Origin: Eledone cirrhosa
Lineage: Eukaryota
DNA length: 64,000 nt
Assembly (NCBI GenBank): GCA_964016885.1
Contig: OZ024743.1
Span: 182,714,001 to 182,778,000, forward strand
Direction: 5' to 3'
Positions 1-12,943 of this stretch are shown piece by piece. How positions within the stretch are numbered: the stretch's first letter is position 1; every line of letters starts with the position of its first letter. Position numbers and translations under genes: made by a program. The notes below the pieces were generated by a model. That model saw nothing but the letters and a program-made list of their open reading frames with translations, had not been told where the DNA came from and did not search any database.

Positions 1-47
1 CAGCGAGGTATTTGATTGTTAGAAGACGGTTTGTGTCGCAGTGTTGA

Positions 48-1043
48 TTACAGAACTTCTTGGTACACAATGTTTGTGGTTTTACCGTTCGGAGCAAATG
101 CATAAAGGTTTCTTTTGCTTCCCACTCTGGAACATCCACCGTATAGCTGACCGTGCGAAAAACATGGCTCTTCTAGGTTTATTCCCGCGACGGACAATAT
201 TTGCCCCTGAGACTTATTTATCGTCATAGCGAAACTACAACGAACTGGAAACTGGAGCCTCCTAAATGAAAAGGGGATCTCTGATGTTGACGGACAAAGG
301 GGAATCCTTGGGATAAAAACATTTTCCCCCTTTCCACACCCCGAGAGAATCGTTGCCTCGATCAAGTTTTGCATTAGTTTATTTTCTGTAAGGCGGGTGC
401 CGTTGCAAAGTTTTGGTGGGTGTAGATTCCTCAAAAGTATAATTGGGCATCCTTGCTTAAGTTCCAATCGATGAGATGGCAACCCGGAGGGGTTCAATGA
501 GTTAAGAAACTCAATTGGGTAGTTAATGGGGTCTGTGACTGTATCGATGGACTTGTATGTACACGAAGCTGTAGGAAGAGACTTAAGCAGTTGACCGTTG
601 ATTTTGTCGATAGTCTCATTTTTCGGAGCCAGTATTGCCCTTTCGCACAGTCAGTTTGGATTTTGGTAGTTAGTGCTCAACTCAGGGAATACTGCATCTG
701 TCAAGTCGTCAGCACTGTCGACTAAAGCGCAGACCGGTTCGAGGGAGATTTTTCCATCTTCATCAAGTGGCACTTTGCCGTTCCCAAGTGTCAATAGGTT
801 GGTAGCAAAATCTGACACTTGGTCACCAAGCATCCGAGCTCTCATGTTCGTAGAGAGCGTTAATGTTGTGACATAACGCCAAAGCGGAGATGACTTTAAG
901 CATGCTCGAATAACATCAGCCATTGTTCCTTTGGGAATAACAGGGAGGGTTTGTCTAAAATCTCCGGATAAAAGGACAGCCACGCCTCCCATGGGATACT
1001 GGGAGTCTCTTATGTCTCTTGAAGTCCGGTCCAGTGCCTCCAA
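48..1043 (-). mobile_element. Helitron Rep/Hel, C-terminal PIF1-like helicase fragment (disrupted)
   Basis: The ORFs read LLSGDFRQTLPV, IILLRNL..LCNGTRL, RLQFPVRCSFAMTINKSQGQ and FSHGQLY..SRV, which are PIF1/Helitron helicase motifs. The frame is broken between 497 and 651. Confidence 0.9.
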
Positions 1044-3007
1044 AACTCTATAACAATTACATTATTTCCTCTAACAACTTTGTTACTACATTAAAACACT
1101 CATATCGCCTGCTAAATTGGTGACCTGACGTGATGAATATTGTAAATACAAAATATTCCTTTTAAAATAAATAAAAATTAGCAGTATTTTAAAACATTTT
1201 CGCCACGAGGAAATTTCAAAATGGCTATCACCACTACCAAATATATCAGCAGCAGCGACAACACGTGGTTAACTACTAACCAACAACAGGGAATAGCGAT
1301 GTGGCAGCCTTGTAACTTTACCGACGCAAGCACCATACCTTCTGTCTCGTTACCACAGGGACTCGAGAAATTAAGACATCAGTCTTCTCACCACTATGGC
1401 GTCAGACGTGACTGGCATATTGGTGACTCTAGGCTCTTCAACGCTCGACTTTGATTCTACAGAAGATTCACTGTGACTTTGCTTTAACAACAGCAACAAC
1501 AACAACAACTCTACTAGCTTCCTAGTAAGAGCGATCCCAAAGAAAAGAAAAAGTGAACTTTGTTTCAAGAAACAATTATTTATTTATTTCTCTATTTACA
1601 GGCAATGTCCGGACTAAATTCTTTTAGAACTGCATTATATGAAAAAAAAAATGTTTATCATTGTATATATGACTGCATCATTTTCCTTATCATTGTATAT
1701 ATGACTGCACCCACACATTCTTTGCTGTATTACATGCCTGCATATGCACACACATTTCTTTGACACACACCAACATGTTGTTGTTAGTATATGTTCTTCA
1801 AACGTAATATTCTGCGAGATCCCTTTTCACCTGGTTGAGGTGCCGACACATGCTAGCGACTCATAGAGCTTAATTCACCTGGACTCAAACAGGCACCGCA
1901 ACACGAGAACTGCTAATTGCAGCTGGATTCAAACAGTTCGCATCTCGTTGCACACTCATCGTCCTATAGCATAACAACCTCCATCTTGTTACTTTACCCG
2001 ATTCACTGGGAAAACAGCAAATGGAACTGAACCTGTCAGCATTTCCACCACTTCTATGGATTCGCCAGAATTATGGAATTTACACTGCAACTACTACCCA
2101 CCTACAGATTCAACTTGCTTTTTACTTTTCAAAGCAACCAGCCATTTTTTCCTGGCTGCCTAGCACTTTCGGCAATACATCTGGGAGGCCGACTTTTTCT
2201 CACCTACCCATCATCTTCTTGCCAACACTGGTAAACTACCATAATAGCTTCATCCACAGCTACTGGTACAACACTTACCATTAAGATTTAATGCAAGAAC
2301 AGCAACTTCGTCCATGTCAGACTTTATCCGTTTTCTGTTAGACCCCTGGTGGTTACGTATAAATAGCAAAACAGCTAGTCATTTGACACAGCGGCTCAAC
2401 ACGGCCCTTAGCGCCTCATTTTTCTTCTTGCATGCATGCATTCTTTTGTTCAATTTTTTCATTGATGTGCTCTTTCAGCATTTTTTTCCTGCTGATTCAA
2501 TAATCTGTATCGTCTTACGACTAGAGGGGGAGTATTGTAGTGACCTACATTCCGCGGGCTCACATACATTCTCTGTACGTGATTTGGCTCAGCGCCAGTA
2601 GAAGAGAATGTATCCCTACGCGCTCTGAGGGAGAAATTCCCCGCGAGGATTTGAAGAACCAGCCTCTCGCATCCTGAACTTTGAAGGGACAACACGTACA
2701 ACATGTAACGGTAAGATTTTGCACTTTGGCCTGCCTCGGGCCTAGCACAATGGCACATTCCTTTTGTAACCTTTTTAGGTTGAACTACAATCATATCATT
2801 TAACAAACATTACTTTGTGCCACAACAAATAAACATACTTTTCATCTCACGAACATTCTTCTTGTTGACGTTGTTATCAAGTTACTCGTTTGTCGATATG
2901 ACTAACACATCTTTCTACCAAACTGATTACTCGTGGCGTTATAACAATTACATTATCTCCTCTAACAACTTTGTTACTACATTAAAACACTCATATCGTC
3001 TGCTAAA
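1044..3007. mobile_element. Unclassified ~1.96 kb insertion with ~67-bp terminal direct repeats, splitting the Helitron helicase
   Basis: tataacaattacattat..catatcgyctgctaaa occurs at 1049-1116 and 2940-3007. The helicase reads AHKGA|LEALDR across the insertion. Confidence 0.7.
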
Positions 3008-3268
3008 GCTCCTTTATGAGCCATGGTACATTCGTCCCAAACTATAAGTTCACACCTTTTAAGCAGTTCTGCCTTTTCTGATCCTTTGGTAATATTACAG
3101 CAGGGTGTGTCATTTTCTGTCATATTGAGGGGGAGTTTGAAGGCTGAATGTGCTGTCCTGCCCCCAGGAAGCAAGGTTGCTGCAATAACGGAAGACGCAA
3201 CAGCAAGTGCTATGTGTCTGTGTTGTCGAACCTTGGCAAGGAGAAGTCGTATGGCAAAAGTCTTCCCT
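3008..3268 (-). mobile_element. Helitron helicase fragment (Walker A to Walker B), truncated by a (TA)n tract
   Basis: Translates as GKTFAIRLLLAKVR..ALAVASSVIAATLLPGGRTAHSAFKLPL..LIVWDECTMAHKGA. Confidence 0.9.
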
Positions 3269-3282
3269 TATATACATATATA

Positions 3283-3327
<45 letters not shown>

Positions 3328-3453
3328 GAGTTAAACAAGATTCAATGAGTACATCAAAGAATGAGTTTTACAGTAGATTGGAATCACTCTACAGAAAATA
3401 TTTTCCAGAGTTATTAACCATCTAACATCTCAGAGTATGCCATGTATCATTTT

Positions 3454-3519
3454 ATTTTATCTGATGAGGACGTACTGTTGAACCTGATTCAAGTACCTCT
3501 GAAATATGTATAATAAAAT
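3454..3519 (+). ncRNA. Type I hammerhead ribozyme in a solo PLE pLTR fragment (3325-3560)
   Basis: ATTTTAT-CTGATGA-long stem II-GAAA-tatgta-TA-ATAAAAT. Stem I is 7 bp and perfect. The fragment is flanked by (TA)n. Confidence 0.75.
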
Positions 3520-3557
3520 TTAATTGATCACAAGAACATCTATTTTATTAATATTTG

Positions 3558-3636
<79 letters not shown>

Positions 3637-3714
3637 GTAGGAGGTGAGTTTTATTGAAGCACAATAAAGCAATGCAAAATTCACTAAACTTCTGATTGAA
3701 AAAACTGACTCTTT

Positions 3715-5991
3715 GTGAGAAGGCTTAGATGGATAGCTTTTTTCCACGACCAGCGCCAAAAAGGAAATTTCTATACTAAGGAACATAACTTTCTTGATCA
3801 TTTATTTAACTCTAGAAGAAATCCGCCTTCCAACAAAAATCTAGTGCAGTTCGAGGAAGAATTAACAAATATTATAAGAAGTCTTAAATTCAAGAGAAAC
3901 CCTTACAGAGGACAAGAGCACCTTGTAAATCTCAGGAATACGATTTTAAACCATAATTTCTCTAAAAATGTCTTAGTCCACTCCGACAAAACTAATAATT
4001 TATATGGCGTATCTAGGGATAACTATAATAACCTTATCCTTAAGGAACTAAGGAAGAATTATCGTAAAACTAACCATGACAATTTGGAATCTATAAACTT
4101 TGAAGCTTCTGAGATTATGTCTAAACTTTTCCTCCCAAGAACTCCGAGGATAAATCTCAAGGATCATAAAAGTAATTTTCGAACGGAATTGCCTGTTAGA
4201 CTAATCGCCCCCTCTAAATCAGACCCGAGGGTTGTTAGTAAAGCCAACTTGGATAGAATTATCCCACAGGTTCGTTCTAATTGCTCTATTTCTAACTTAA
4301 ATTTATGGTTTGGTACATCTGAAGTAATTGGCTGGTTCAACAACCTGAATAAGAAAAACAAACAAAAATGTATTCAATTTAATATTGCCAGCTACTATTC
4401 TTCTATTTCGCCTTCACTTCTCAACAACGCTCTATCTTTCGCATTTAAATATTCTGACATCACCACAGATGAACTTTACGCAAGAAAAACTATCTTAGAA
4501 TTCAACAATCAATACTGGACTAGAGCCGATACTTCCAACAACTTTGATATCATAATGGGTGCTTCCGATTCATCGCAATTGACTGATTTGATTGGTATTT
4601 TTATTTTGAATTCTTTAAATCGGAAAATTCCTCAACTTCGCGGTGAAATTTATCGTGACGATGGACTTTTTACTATCTTAAACTGCAACTTAGTTAACCT
4701 TAATATTATTAAGAACAATATACGTGATCTCTTTAAGCAACATAACCTTAAAATTGAATTTGATAACAACGTCAAACTAGCTAACTTCTTGGATATATCC
4801 CTTAATCTTGACACTGGCCTATATTACCCTTACCATAAAAACAATGAGAATCTAAATTATGTTAATTTTAAATATAACCACCCCACTAACATTAAAAATG
4901 CTATAGTCAGTAATATTGGAAAAAGAATCTCAAACCTATCCTCTAATAAAGATATCTTCGATGCTAACGCCAATTACTATAATAATGCGCTTTCTAAAGC
5001 CGGTTATCTTGATAAAATTAAATACAGTAAAGAAACCAATCCTAGAAGGTCTTACAGTAAAATAATTAATTATGAACATTCCAATAACTTAAATAAAAGA
5101 CCTAGATACAAAAATATAATCTGGTATAATGCTCCTTTCTCTATTTCTATTAATAATAATATTCCTGAACTATTCTTTAGGGCCTTAGATAAATACTTCC
5201 CTCCCTCACATATCTATAGTAAAATCTTTAACAAACAAACAATAACATTTTCTTATTCCACCTCTTCCAACATCTCTAACATTATCTCTAAACACAACAA
5301 TAAAATACTAAATACTAAATCTCTTCCTTCCAACACTGAGCGTCATAATAATAGCAGTAGTACTCCCGATGTCATTGTTAACTCTAGGCTAGATTCTGTA
5401 AACTTAAATGCGACGTCAAACGTAACTTCGTTGATTGTTCATAATACCAATCTAAATCAGGAAACTATTATTCCTATCGTAAATAACTTCCCCAATCCAA
5501 TTCCTTCTATAAATAACACTAGGTCACTTGTTAATAACTCTGTTAATTTCTCTAATCGTAATTGTAATTGCCCTGTTAGAACTAAATGTCCTCTTAATAA
5601 CCATTGTCTTGATAAAAACTTAGTCTATGAATGTAAGGTTATAACTGATACCAATTCCTTTACCTATTTAGGTTCCACCTCCACTTCCTTCAAAGCTGGA
5701 TTTTATAATCACAATTCGTCTTTTAGATACCAACTTAAAAGAACTAACACGGCACTCTCGGAACTCATATGGTCCTTGAAAGACAAAAATATTAACTATA
5801 ACATCTCTTGGAGGAAGGTTTGTTCTGCCTTTCCTTACTTGAATTCTTCCCTATCTAGAACATGTAATCTCTGCCTAGCCGAGAAGTTTACCATTATATC
5901 TAATTTCAATTCTATAATAAATAGACGCACGGATTTATTTTCTCTCTGCTTGCATAAATTTCACAGAACATTCCATAAAGTATACAGCTAA
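3715..5991 (+). CDS. PLE RT-GIY-YIG polyprotein (N-truncated, small in-frame deletions)
   Basis: Motifs SDKTNN, QFNIASYYSSI, MGASDS, IYRDDGL, NFLDI, CNCPVRTKCPLNNHC, VYECKV..YLGSTSTSFK and CNLCLAEK. HIILT is missing compared with the sister copy. Confidence 0.85.
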   Translation: MRRLRWIAFFHDQRQKGNFYTKEHNFLDHLFNSRRNPPSNKNLVQFEEELTNIIRSLKFKRNPYRGQEHLVNLRNTILNHNFSKNVLVHSDKTNNLYGVSRDNYNNLILKELRKNYRKTNHDNLESINFEASEIMSKLFLPRTPRINLKDHKSNFRTELPVRLIAPSKSDPRVVSKANLDRIIPQVRSNCSISNLNLWFGTSEVIGWFNNLNKKNKQKCIQFNIASYYSSISPSLLNNALSFAFKYSDITTDELYARKTILEFNNQYWTRADTSNNFDIIMGASDSSQLTDLIGIFILNSLNRKIPQLRGEIYRDDGLFTILNCNLVNLNIIKNNIRDLFKQHNLKIEFDNNVKLANFLDISLNLDTGLYYPYHKNNENLNYVNFKYNHPTNIKNAIVSNIGKRISNLSSNKDIFDANANYYNNALSKAGYLDKIKYSKETNPRRSYSKIINYEHSNNLNKRPRYKNIIWYNAPFSISINNNIPELFFRALDKYFPPSHIYSKIFNKQTITFSYSTSSNISNIISKHNNKILNTKSLPSNTERHNNSSSTPDVIVNSRLDSVNLNATSNVTSLIVHNTNLNQETIIPIVNNFPNPIPSINNTRSLVNNSVNFSNRNCNCPVRTKCPLNNHCLDKNLVYECKVITDTNSFTYLGSTSTSFKAGFYNHNSSFRYQLKRTNTALSELIWSLKDKNINYNISWRKVCSAFPYLNSSLSRTCNLCLAEKFTIISNFNSIINRRTDLFSLCLHKFHRTFHKVYS

Positions 5992-6220
5992 TATCTCAAT
6001 ACCTTACTAGTTTAAAATCCTTTTTCTCAAAGGCTTATATATCTTTTACAAATATACCCATCTTTCTACCTTATTTCAATATTATATATTATATAATACA
6101 ATTTTCTCATTCTATATCATTCCTCTTTATCATTTTCCTTTCTTCCTTTTTTCTTTTTAATTTCTAACCTCTAATCTGTACTTTTTCTTCCCAACTACTT
6201 CTCAATTCTTATTATTACTC

Positions 6221-6398
6221 GGATTGGCAGTATCGGTAGAGGGTCGGACGCCATGCTTTCCAGCATAGTTACGTCCCTTTACGATCTGAGTTCAAATCCC
6301 GCCGAGGTTGACTTTGCCTTTCATCCTTACGGGGTCGATAAAATAAAGTACCAGTAATGCACTGGGTAATTGCTGGCCTTGTGCCTAAAGTAGAAACA
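6221..6398 (+). mobile_element. tRNA-derived SINE with 10-bp TSD, nested in the PLE 3' UTR
   Basis: A-box-like tggcagtatcgg and B box gagttcaaatcc. Body gttgactttgcctttcatcc..gtcgataaaataaagtaccag. TSD attattactc at 6211-6220 and 6399-6408. Confidence 0.8.
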
Positions 6399-7341
6399 AT
6401 TATTACTCACCACAACATTATCCATTCTTCCATCTTTCCTCATATCATTGGTCATAAAAATTAGTTTTTTAATACATTATAGTATTACCATTAGAAGTCC
6501 TTCGTAAACATAATTTTTTGACGTTAGATTTTTTTCTTCCTTAAATTTTTCTTATATCCCCCATCCTTTCATGCTTGTTTTAAACTACTACTTAATTTGA
6601 CTTTTACATATTACAATACATAAAAACTAACTTAAACCCTAACTAATTTCTTTTAATATATTATATTATTACCATTAGAAAATATTTCGTAAACATATAT
6701 ACTTTTTGATGTTAGATATTTTCTTCATTAAGCATTCTTTTCTTCTTTCCTTCCGCGCTCATTTTAAACGAACTATTTACATACACATATTACATTGAAT
6801 AAAAACAAACTTAAACCCTAACTAATTCCTTTAAATTCATAACTCATTCATTCTTCTCCTTCTTTTCACATTATATCCTTAATAACATTAATATTTTTAT
6901 TTTAATAATACATATTAATAAATTCTTTTCCTCGCACATATTATTAAACCCTTCAATATACAAACCTTAATTTAATACCATCCTTAATTCCTTTTTCTTC
7001 ATGCATAAACCTCATTAACTTTTAATTTCAAAATCTTTTAAATTATCTATTATCTTCCAACGGCTTTTTAATTTCTCTCTGTGAGACAATATTTTTTTTT
7101 CTCAGTTGTAAAGGCTATCTCTCTCTCTCTCTCTCTCTATCACCCATCTCTCCTCCTCTCTCATCCTTCCTTCTTATACTCCTCCTCCAACATCCTTTAC
7201 TCTCATCTCTTCCTCTTCCTTACCTTTGCCCCCCCCCCTCACTTTTTCCCAATCTCATACATCAATCTTAATTTATTTTTCATATGTTGATTTAAAACTT
7301 CACTATTCACAAGTGTTTTTTAAGCTTCATATCATGTCTCC

Positions 7342-7414
7342 CTATTTTATCTGATCAGAACACAGATATCATCCCGTGATGATATTTGTTTTTGAAATGC
7401 GCATAATAAAATAG
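7342..7414 (+). ncRNA. Type I hammerhead ribozyme (core variant CTGATCA) in PLE pLTR
   Basis: CTATTTTAT-CTGATcA-stem II-GAAA-TGCGCA-TA-ATAAAATAG. The G8 position is mutated, so it is probably inactive. Confidence 0.75.
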
Positions 7415-7469
7415 TTGGAACTCTTTTAACCATATTTTGATCTTGTATATATATATATATATATATATA

Positions 7470-10140
7470 TAAGATCAAAAGATGGTTAAAGGAGTTCCAT
7501 GTATTTTATTATGTACATTTCAAAAACAAACATCATCATGCAATAATATTTGTGTTTTCATCAGATAAAACAGGAGGACATGATATGAAGGCTAAAAAAC
7601 ACTTGTGGATAGTGCAGTTTTGAATCAACATATGGGAAGTAATTTTAGATTGATGTGTGATATTGGGAAAAATATTTTATTTAGAGAGGGAGGTGGAAAG
7701 GATGAAAAAAGGGGAGGAGATGAGAGTGAAGGTGGAGAGGGAGAGATGGGTGATAGAGAGAAAGAGATAGTTTTTATAACTGAGAAAAGATATATTGTTT
7801 TACATAGAGAGGTTGAAAACCGTTGGAAGATAATGTATAAATTAAAAGAATTTGAAAATTAACGAAGGGAAAAATATGTACGGAGAAGGAGAAGGAGTTA
7901 ATATGTATTGAGATTAAAAAGTTTGATGATAGAGAGATAGAATAATGGATTGCGGATGAATATTCTAACGTCAAAAAAATGTGTGTATGTTTACAAGTAT
8001 TATGGAGATTTGAAAATTAACGAAGAGAAAAAATTATTAAGGTTTGTGTATTGAAGGATTTGAGAAAAATAATGTGAAGTTAAGGTTTGTATATTGAAGG
8101 AATTGATAATATGTGCGAAGAAAGAGTTAATATGTATTAAGGATGAGTTAGATGATGGGGAGAAAAAAATAATAAATTAAGGATGAATAATCTGGCGTCA
8201 AAACAAATGTATATGTTACGAAGGATTTTACACGGTGAAGATAGAGTGAGGGTAATGAGTAAACAAGTATTATAGAGTGTATAATACCCTTTGAAGTAAG
8301 GTAGGAAGATGGGTATATTTTAAAAGAGGTGTATGTATATGTGCCTTTGAGAAAAGATTCTAAATTGATAAAGAATTGAATATTAGCTGTATACTTTGTG
8401 AAATGTCTTATGGAATTTATGCAAGCAGATAGAAAACAAATCTGTACGTCTATTTATTATAGAATCTAGATTAGAGATAATGGTAAATTTTTCATTTAGG
8501 CAGAGATTACAGATTTTAGATAGAGAGCTGTTCAAGTTTGAAGACGCAGAAGAAACCTTCTTCCAAAAGATGGTATATTTTTTTTGTCTTTCAAGGACCA
8601 TGTGAGTTCTGAGAGAGCCGTGTTGGTTCTTTTAAGTTTGTATTTAAAAGATGAATGATGATTATAGAGACGAGCTTTAAAAGAGGTGGAAGTGGAGCCA
8701 AAATAGGTGAAGGAATTGGTGCTAGTTATAACTTTACATTCATAAATTAAGTTTTTATCAAGACAATGGTTGTTGAGAGGACATTTATTTTTAATAGGGC
8801 AATTGTAATTGCAATTAGAGAGATTATTAATGAGTGACCTAGTGTTATCTATAGAAGGAATTGGATTGGAGAAGTTGTTTGCGATAGGAATAATAGTTTC
8901 TTGATTTAGAGTTGGATTATGAACATTTAGCGAAGTTGTGTTTGACGTTGTATTTGGGTTTACAGAAATTAGCCTAGGGTTTACAATGACGTCGGGAGTA
9001 CTATTACTGTTATTATGAAATTCAGTGTTGGAAGGAAGAGATTTAGTATTTTATTGTTGTGTTTAGAGATAATGTTGGAAATATTGGAGGATGTAGAATA
9101 AGAAAATTTTATGGTGTGTTTGTTAAATATTTTACTATAGATATGTGAGGGAGGGAAGCATTTATTTAAGGCACTAAAGAATAATTTAGGAATATTGTTA
9201 TTAATAGAGATGGAGAAAGGAGCATTATACCAGATTATGTTTTTGTATCTAGGTCTTTTATTAAAGTTATTGGAATGATCATGATTAATTATTCTACTGT
9301 AAGTTCTTCTAGAATTTGTTTCTTTACTATATTTGATTTTATCAGGATAGCCGGCTTTAGAAAGTGCGTTATTATAGTAATTGGCGTTAGCATCAAAGAT
9401 GTTTTTATTAGAAGATATGTTAGATATTCTTTTTCCAATATTACTAACTATAGCATTCTTGATATTGGTAGGATGGTTAGATTTAAAGTTAACATAATTT
9501 AGGTTCTCATTGTTTTTATGGTAAGGGTAATATAGGCCAGTGTCAAGATTAAGAGATACATCCAAGAAATTAGCTAGTTTGATATTGTTATCAAATTCAA
9601 TTTTTAGGTTATGTTGGTTAAAGAGATTACGTATATTGTTCTTAATAATATTAAGGTTAACTATATTGCAATTTAAGATAGTAAAGAGTCCATCGTCACG
9701 ATAAATTCCACCGCGAAGTTGAGGAATTTTCCGACTCAAAGAGTTCAAAATAAAGATACCAATTAAATCAGTCAATTGGGATGAATCGGATGCTCCCATT
9801 GTGATGTCGAAGTTGTTAGAGGTATCGGCTCTGGTCCAATATTCGTTGTTGAACTCTAGGATGGTTTTACGTGCGGTGAGGATGATGTGAAGTTCATCTG
9901 TGGTGATGTCAGAATATTTAAGTGCGAAAGATAGAGCATTATTGAGAAGTGAAGGCGAAATGGAGGAATAGTAGCTGGCAATATCAAATTGAATAAATTT
10001 TAGTTTGTTTTTATTATTCAATTTGTTGAACCAGCCAATCACTTCAGAAGTACCAAACCATAAATTTAGGTTCAAAGAAGAGCAATTAGAACGAACCTGT
10101 GGGATAATTCTATCCAAGATGACTTTACTAACAACCCCCA
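7470..10140 (-). mobile_element. Hydra-like PLE, left (inverted) arm
   Basis: ORF 8981-10117 has QFDIASYYSSI and GGIYRDDGL. A frameshifted GIY-YIG runs to 8383, followed by the pLTR. Confidence 0.9.
7503..7571 (-). ncRNA. Type I hammerhead ribozyme
   Basis: The reverse complement reads gttttat-CTGATGA-aaacacaaat..tttgttttt-GAAA-TGTACA-TA-ataaaat. Confidence 0.8.
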
Positions 10141-10145
10141 GTCCA

Positions 10146-12536
10146 TCGTGACGATGGACTCTTTACTATCTTAAATTGCAATATAGTTAACCTTAATATT
10201 ATTAAGAACAATATACGTAATCTCTTTAACCAACATAACCTAAAAATTGAATTTGATAACAATATCAAACTAGCTAATTTCTTGGATGTATCTCTTAATC
10301 TTGACACTGGCCTATATTACCCTTACCATAAAAACAATGAGAACCTAAATTATGTTAACTTTAAATCTAACCATCCTACCAATATCAAGAATGCTATAGT
10401 TAGTAATATTGGAAAAAGAATATCTAACATATCTTCTAATAAAAACATCTTTGATGCTAACGCCAATTACTATAATAACGCACTTTCTAAAGCCGGCTAT
10501 CCTGATAAAATCAAATATAGTAAAGAAACAAATTCTAGAAGAACTTACAGTAGAATAATTAATCATGATCATTCCAATAACTTTAATAAAAGACCTAGAT
10601 ACAAAAACATAATCTGGTATAATGCTCCTTTCTCCATCTCTATTAATAACAATATTCCTAAATTATTCTTCAGTGCCTTAAATAAATGCTTCCCTCCCTC
10701 ACATATCTATAGTAAAATATTTAACAAACACACCATAAAATTTTCTTATTCTACATCCTCCAATATTTCCAACATTATCTCTAAACACAACAATAAAATA
10801 CTAAATCTCTTCCTTCCAACACTGAATTTCATAATAACAGTAATAGTACTCCCGACGTCATTGTAAACCCTAGGCTAATTTCTGCAAACCCAAATACAAC
10901 GTCAAACACAACTTCGCTAAATGTTCATAATCCAACTCTAAATCAAGAAACTATTATTCCTATCGCAAACAACTTCTCCAATCCAATTCCTTCTATAGAT
11001 AACACTAGGTCACTCATTAATAATCTCTCTAATTGCAATTACAATTGCCCTATTAAAAATAAATGTCCTCTCAACAACCATTGTCTTGATAAAAACTTAA
11101 TTTATGAATGTAAAGTTATAACTAACACCAATTCCTTCACCTATTTTGGCTCCACTTCCACCTCTTTTAAAGCTCATCTCTATAATCATCATTCATCTTT
11201 TAAATACAAACTTAAAAGAACCAACACGGCTCTCTCAGAACTCATATCGTCCTTGAAAGACAAAAACATTAAATATACCATCTTTTGGAAGAAGGTTTCT
11301 TCTGCGTCTTCATACTTGAACAGTTCTATATCTAAAATCTGCAATCTCTGCCTAAATGAAAAATTTACCATTATCTCTAATCTAGATTCTATAATAAATA
11401 GACGAACTGACTTGTTTTCTATCTGCTTGCATAAATTCCATAAAACATTTCACAAAGTATACAGCTAATATTCAATTCTTTATCAATTTAGAATCTTTTT
11501 CTCAAAGGCACATATACATACACCTCTTTTAAAAATATACCCATCTTCCTACCTTATTTCAAAGGGTATTATACACTCTATAATACTTGTTTACTCATTA
11601 CCCTTACTCTATTTTCACCTTGTAAAATCCTTCGTAAACATATACATTTGTTTTGACGCCAGATTATTCATCCTTAATTCATTATTTTTTTCTCCCTATC
11701 ATGTAACTCATTCTCAATACATATTAACTTTTTCTTCGCACATATTATCAATTCCTTCAATATACAAACCTTAACTTCACAATATTTTTCTCAAATCCTT
11801 CAATATACAAACCTTAACTTTACATTTTTTTCTCTTCGTTAATTTTCAAATTTCCATAATACTTGTAAACATACACACTTTTTTTGACGTCAGAATATTC
11901 ATCCGCAATTCATTATTCTCTTCTCTCTATCATCAAACTCATTATTCTAATACATATTAACTCCCTCTCCTTCCTCGCACATATTTTTCCCTTCGTTAAT
12001 TTTCAAATTCTTTTAATTTATACATTATCTTCCAACGGTTTTCAACCTCTCTATGTAAAACAATATATCTTTCTCAATTATAAAAACTATCTCTCTCTCT
12101 TTATCACCCATCTCTCCGCCTATCTCATCCTTCCTCATTATATTCCTCCCTCTCCACCTTCACTCTCATCTCCTCCTCTTTTTTTCATCCTTTCCACACA
12201 CACACACACCCCCAGCCCCCCTCTAAATAAAATATTTTTTTCCCAATATCACACATCAATCTAAAACTACTTCTCATATGTTGATTTAAAACTGCACTAT
12301 CCACAAGTGTTTTTTAGCCTTCATATCATGTCCTCCTGTTTTATCTGATGAAAACACAAATATTATTGCATGATGATGTTTGTTTTTGAAATGCGCATAA
12401 TAAAATACATGGAACTCCTTTAACCATCTTTTGTTCTTATATATTATGTATACTCCAGTCCTACAAACTGTAGAGTGCTTCTTATCCGATATCTGCATTG
12501 CTTTATTGTACTACAATAAAACTCACCTCCTACATT
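10146..12536 (+). mobile_element. Hydra-like PLE, right arm (5'-truncated) with pLTR and tail
   Basis: Near-identical reverse complement of 7470-9702. ORF pieces at 10282-10866 and 11253-11468. Confidence 0.9.
12338..12406 (+). ncRNA. Type I hammerhead ribozyme
   Basis: gttttat-CTGATGA-stem II-GAAA-TGCGCA-TA-ataaaat. Confidence 0.8.
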
Positions 12537-12676
12537 ATATATACATATATATATATATACACACACATATATATATATATACACAATATATATATATACA
12601 CATATATATATACATATATATATATATACATATATATATATACACACAATATATATATATACACATATATATATAC

Positions 12677-12707
<31 letters not shown>

Positions 12708-12846
12708 CATATATATATATACACATATATATATATACACACATATATATATATACACATATATATATACATATATATACATATATATATACACATATAT
12801 ATATACATATATATATACATATATATATATACACATATATATATAC

Positions 12847-12887
<41 letters not shown>

Positions 12888-12888
12888 A

Positions 12889-12931
<43 letters not shown>

Positions 12932-12943
12932 TATATATATATA
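12537..12943. repeat. (TA)n/(TACA)n compound microsatellite
   Basis: Seen directly in the sequence. Confidence 0.95.

Larger units (their letters stand above)
3632..7447 (+). mobile_element. Penelope-like retroelement (Hydra-clade-like), 5'-truncated, inserted in (TA)n
   Basis: Contains an RT + GIY-YIG ORF and a long 3' UTR/pLTR with a hammerhead. (TA)n lies on both sides. Confidence 0.9.

Noticed and set aside
48-3268. Host PIF1 helicase gene
   Set aside because: It is intronless, disrupted and truncated, and has Helitron-type motifs.
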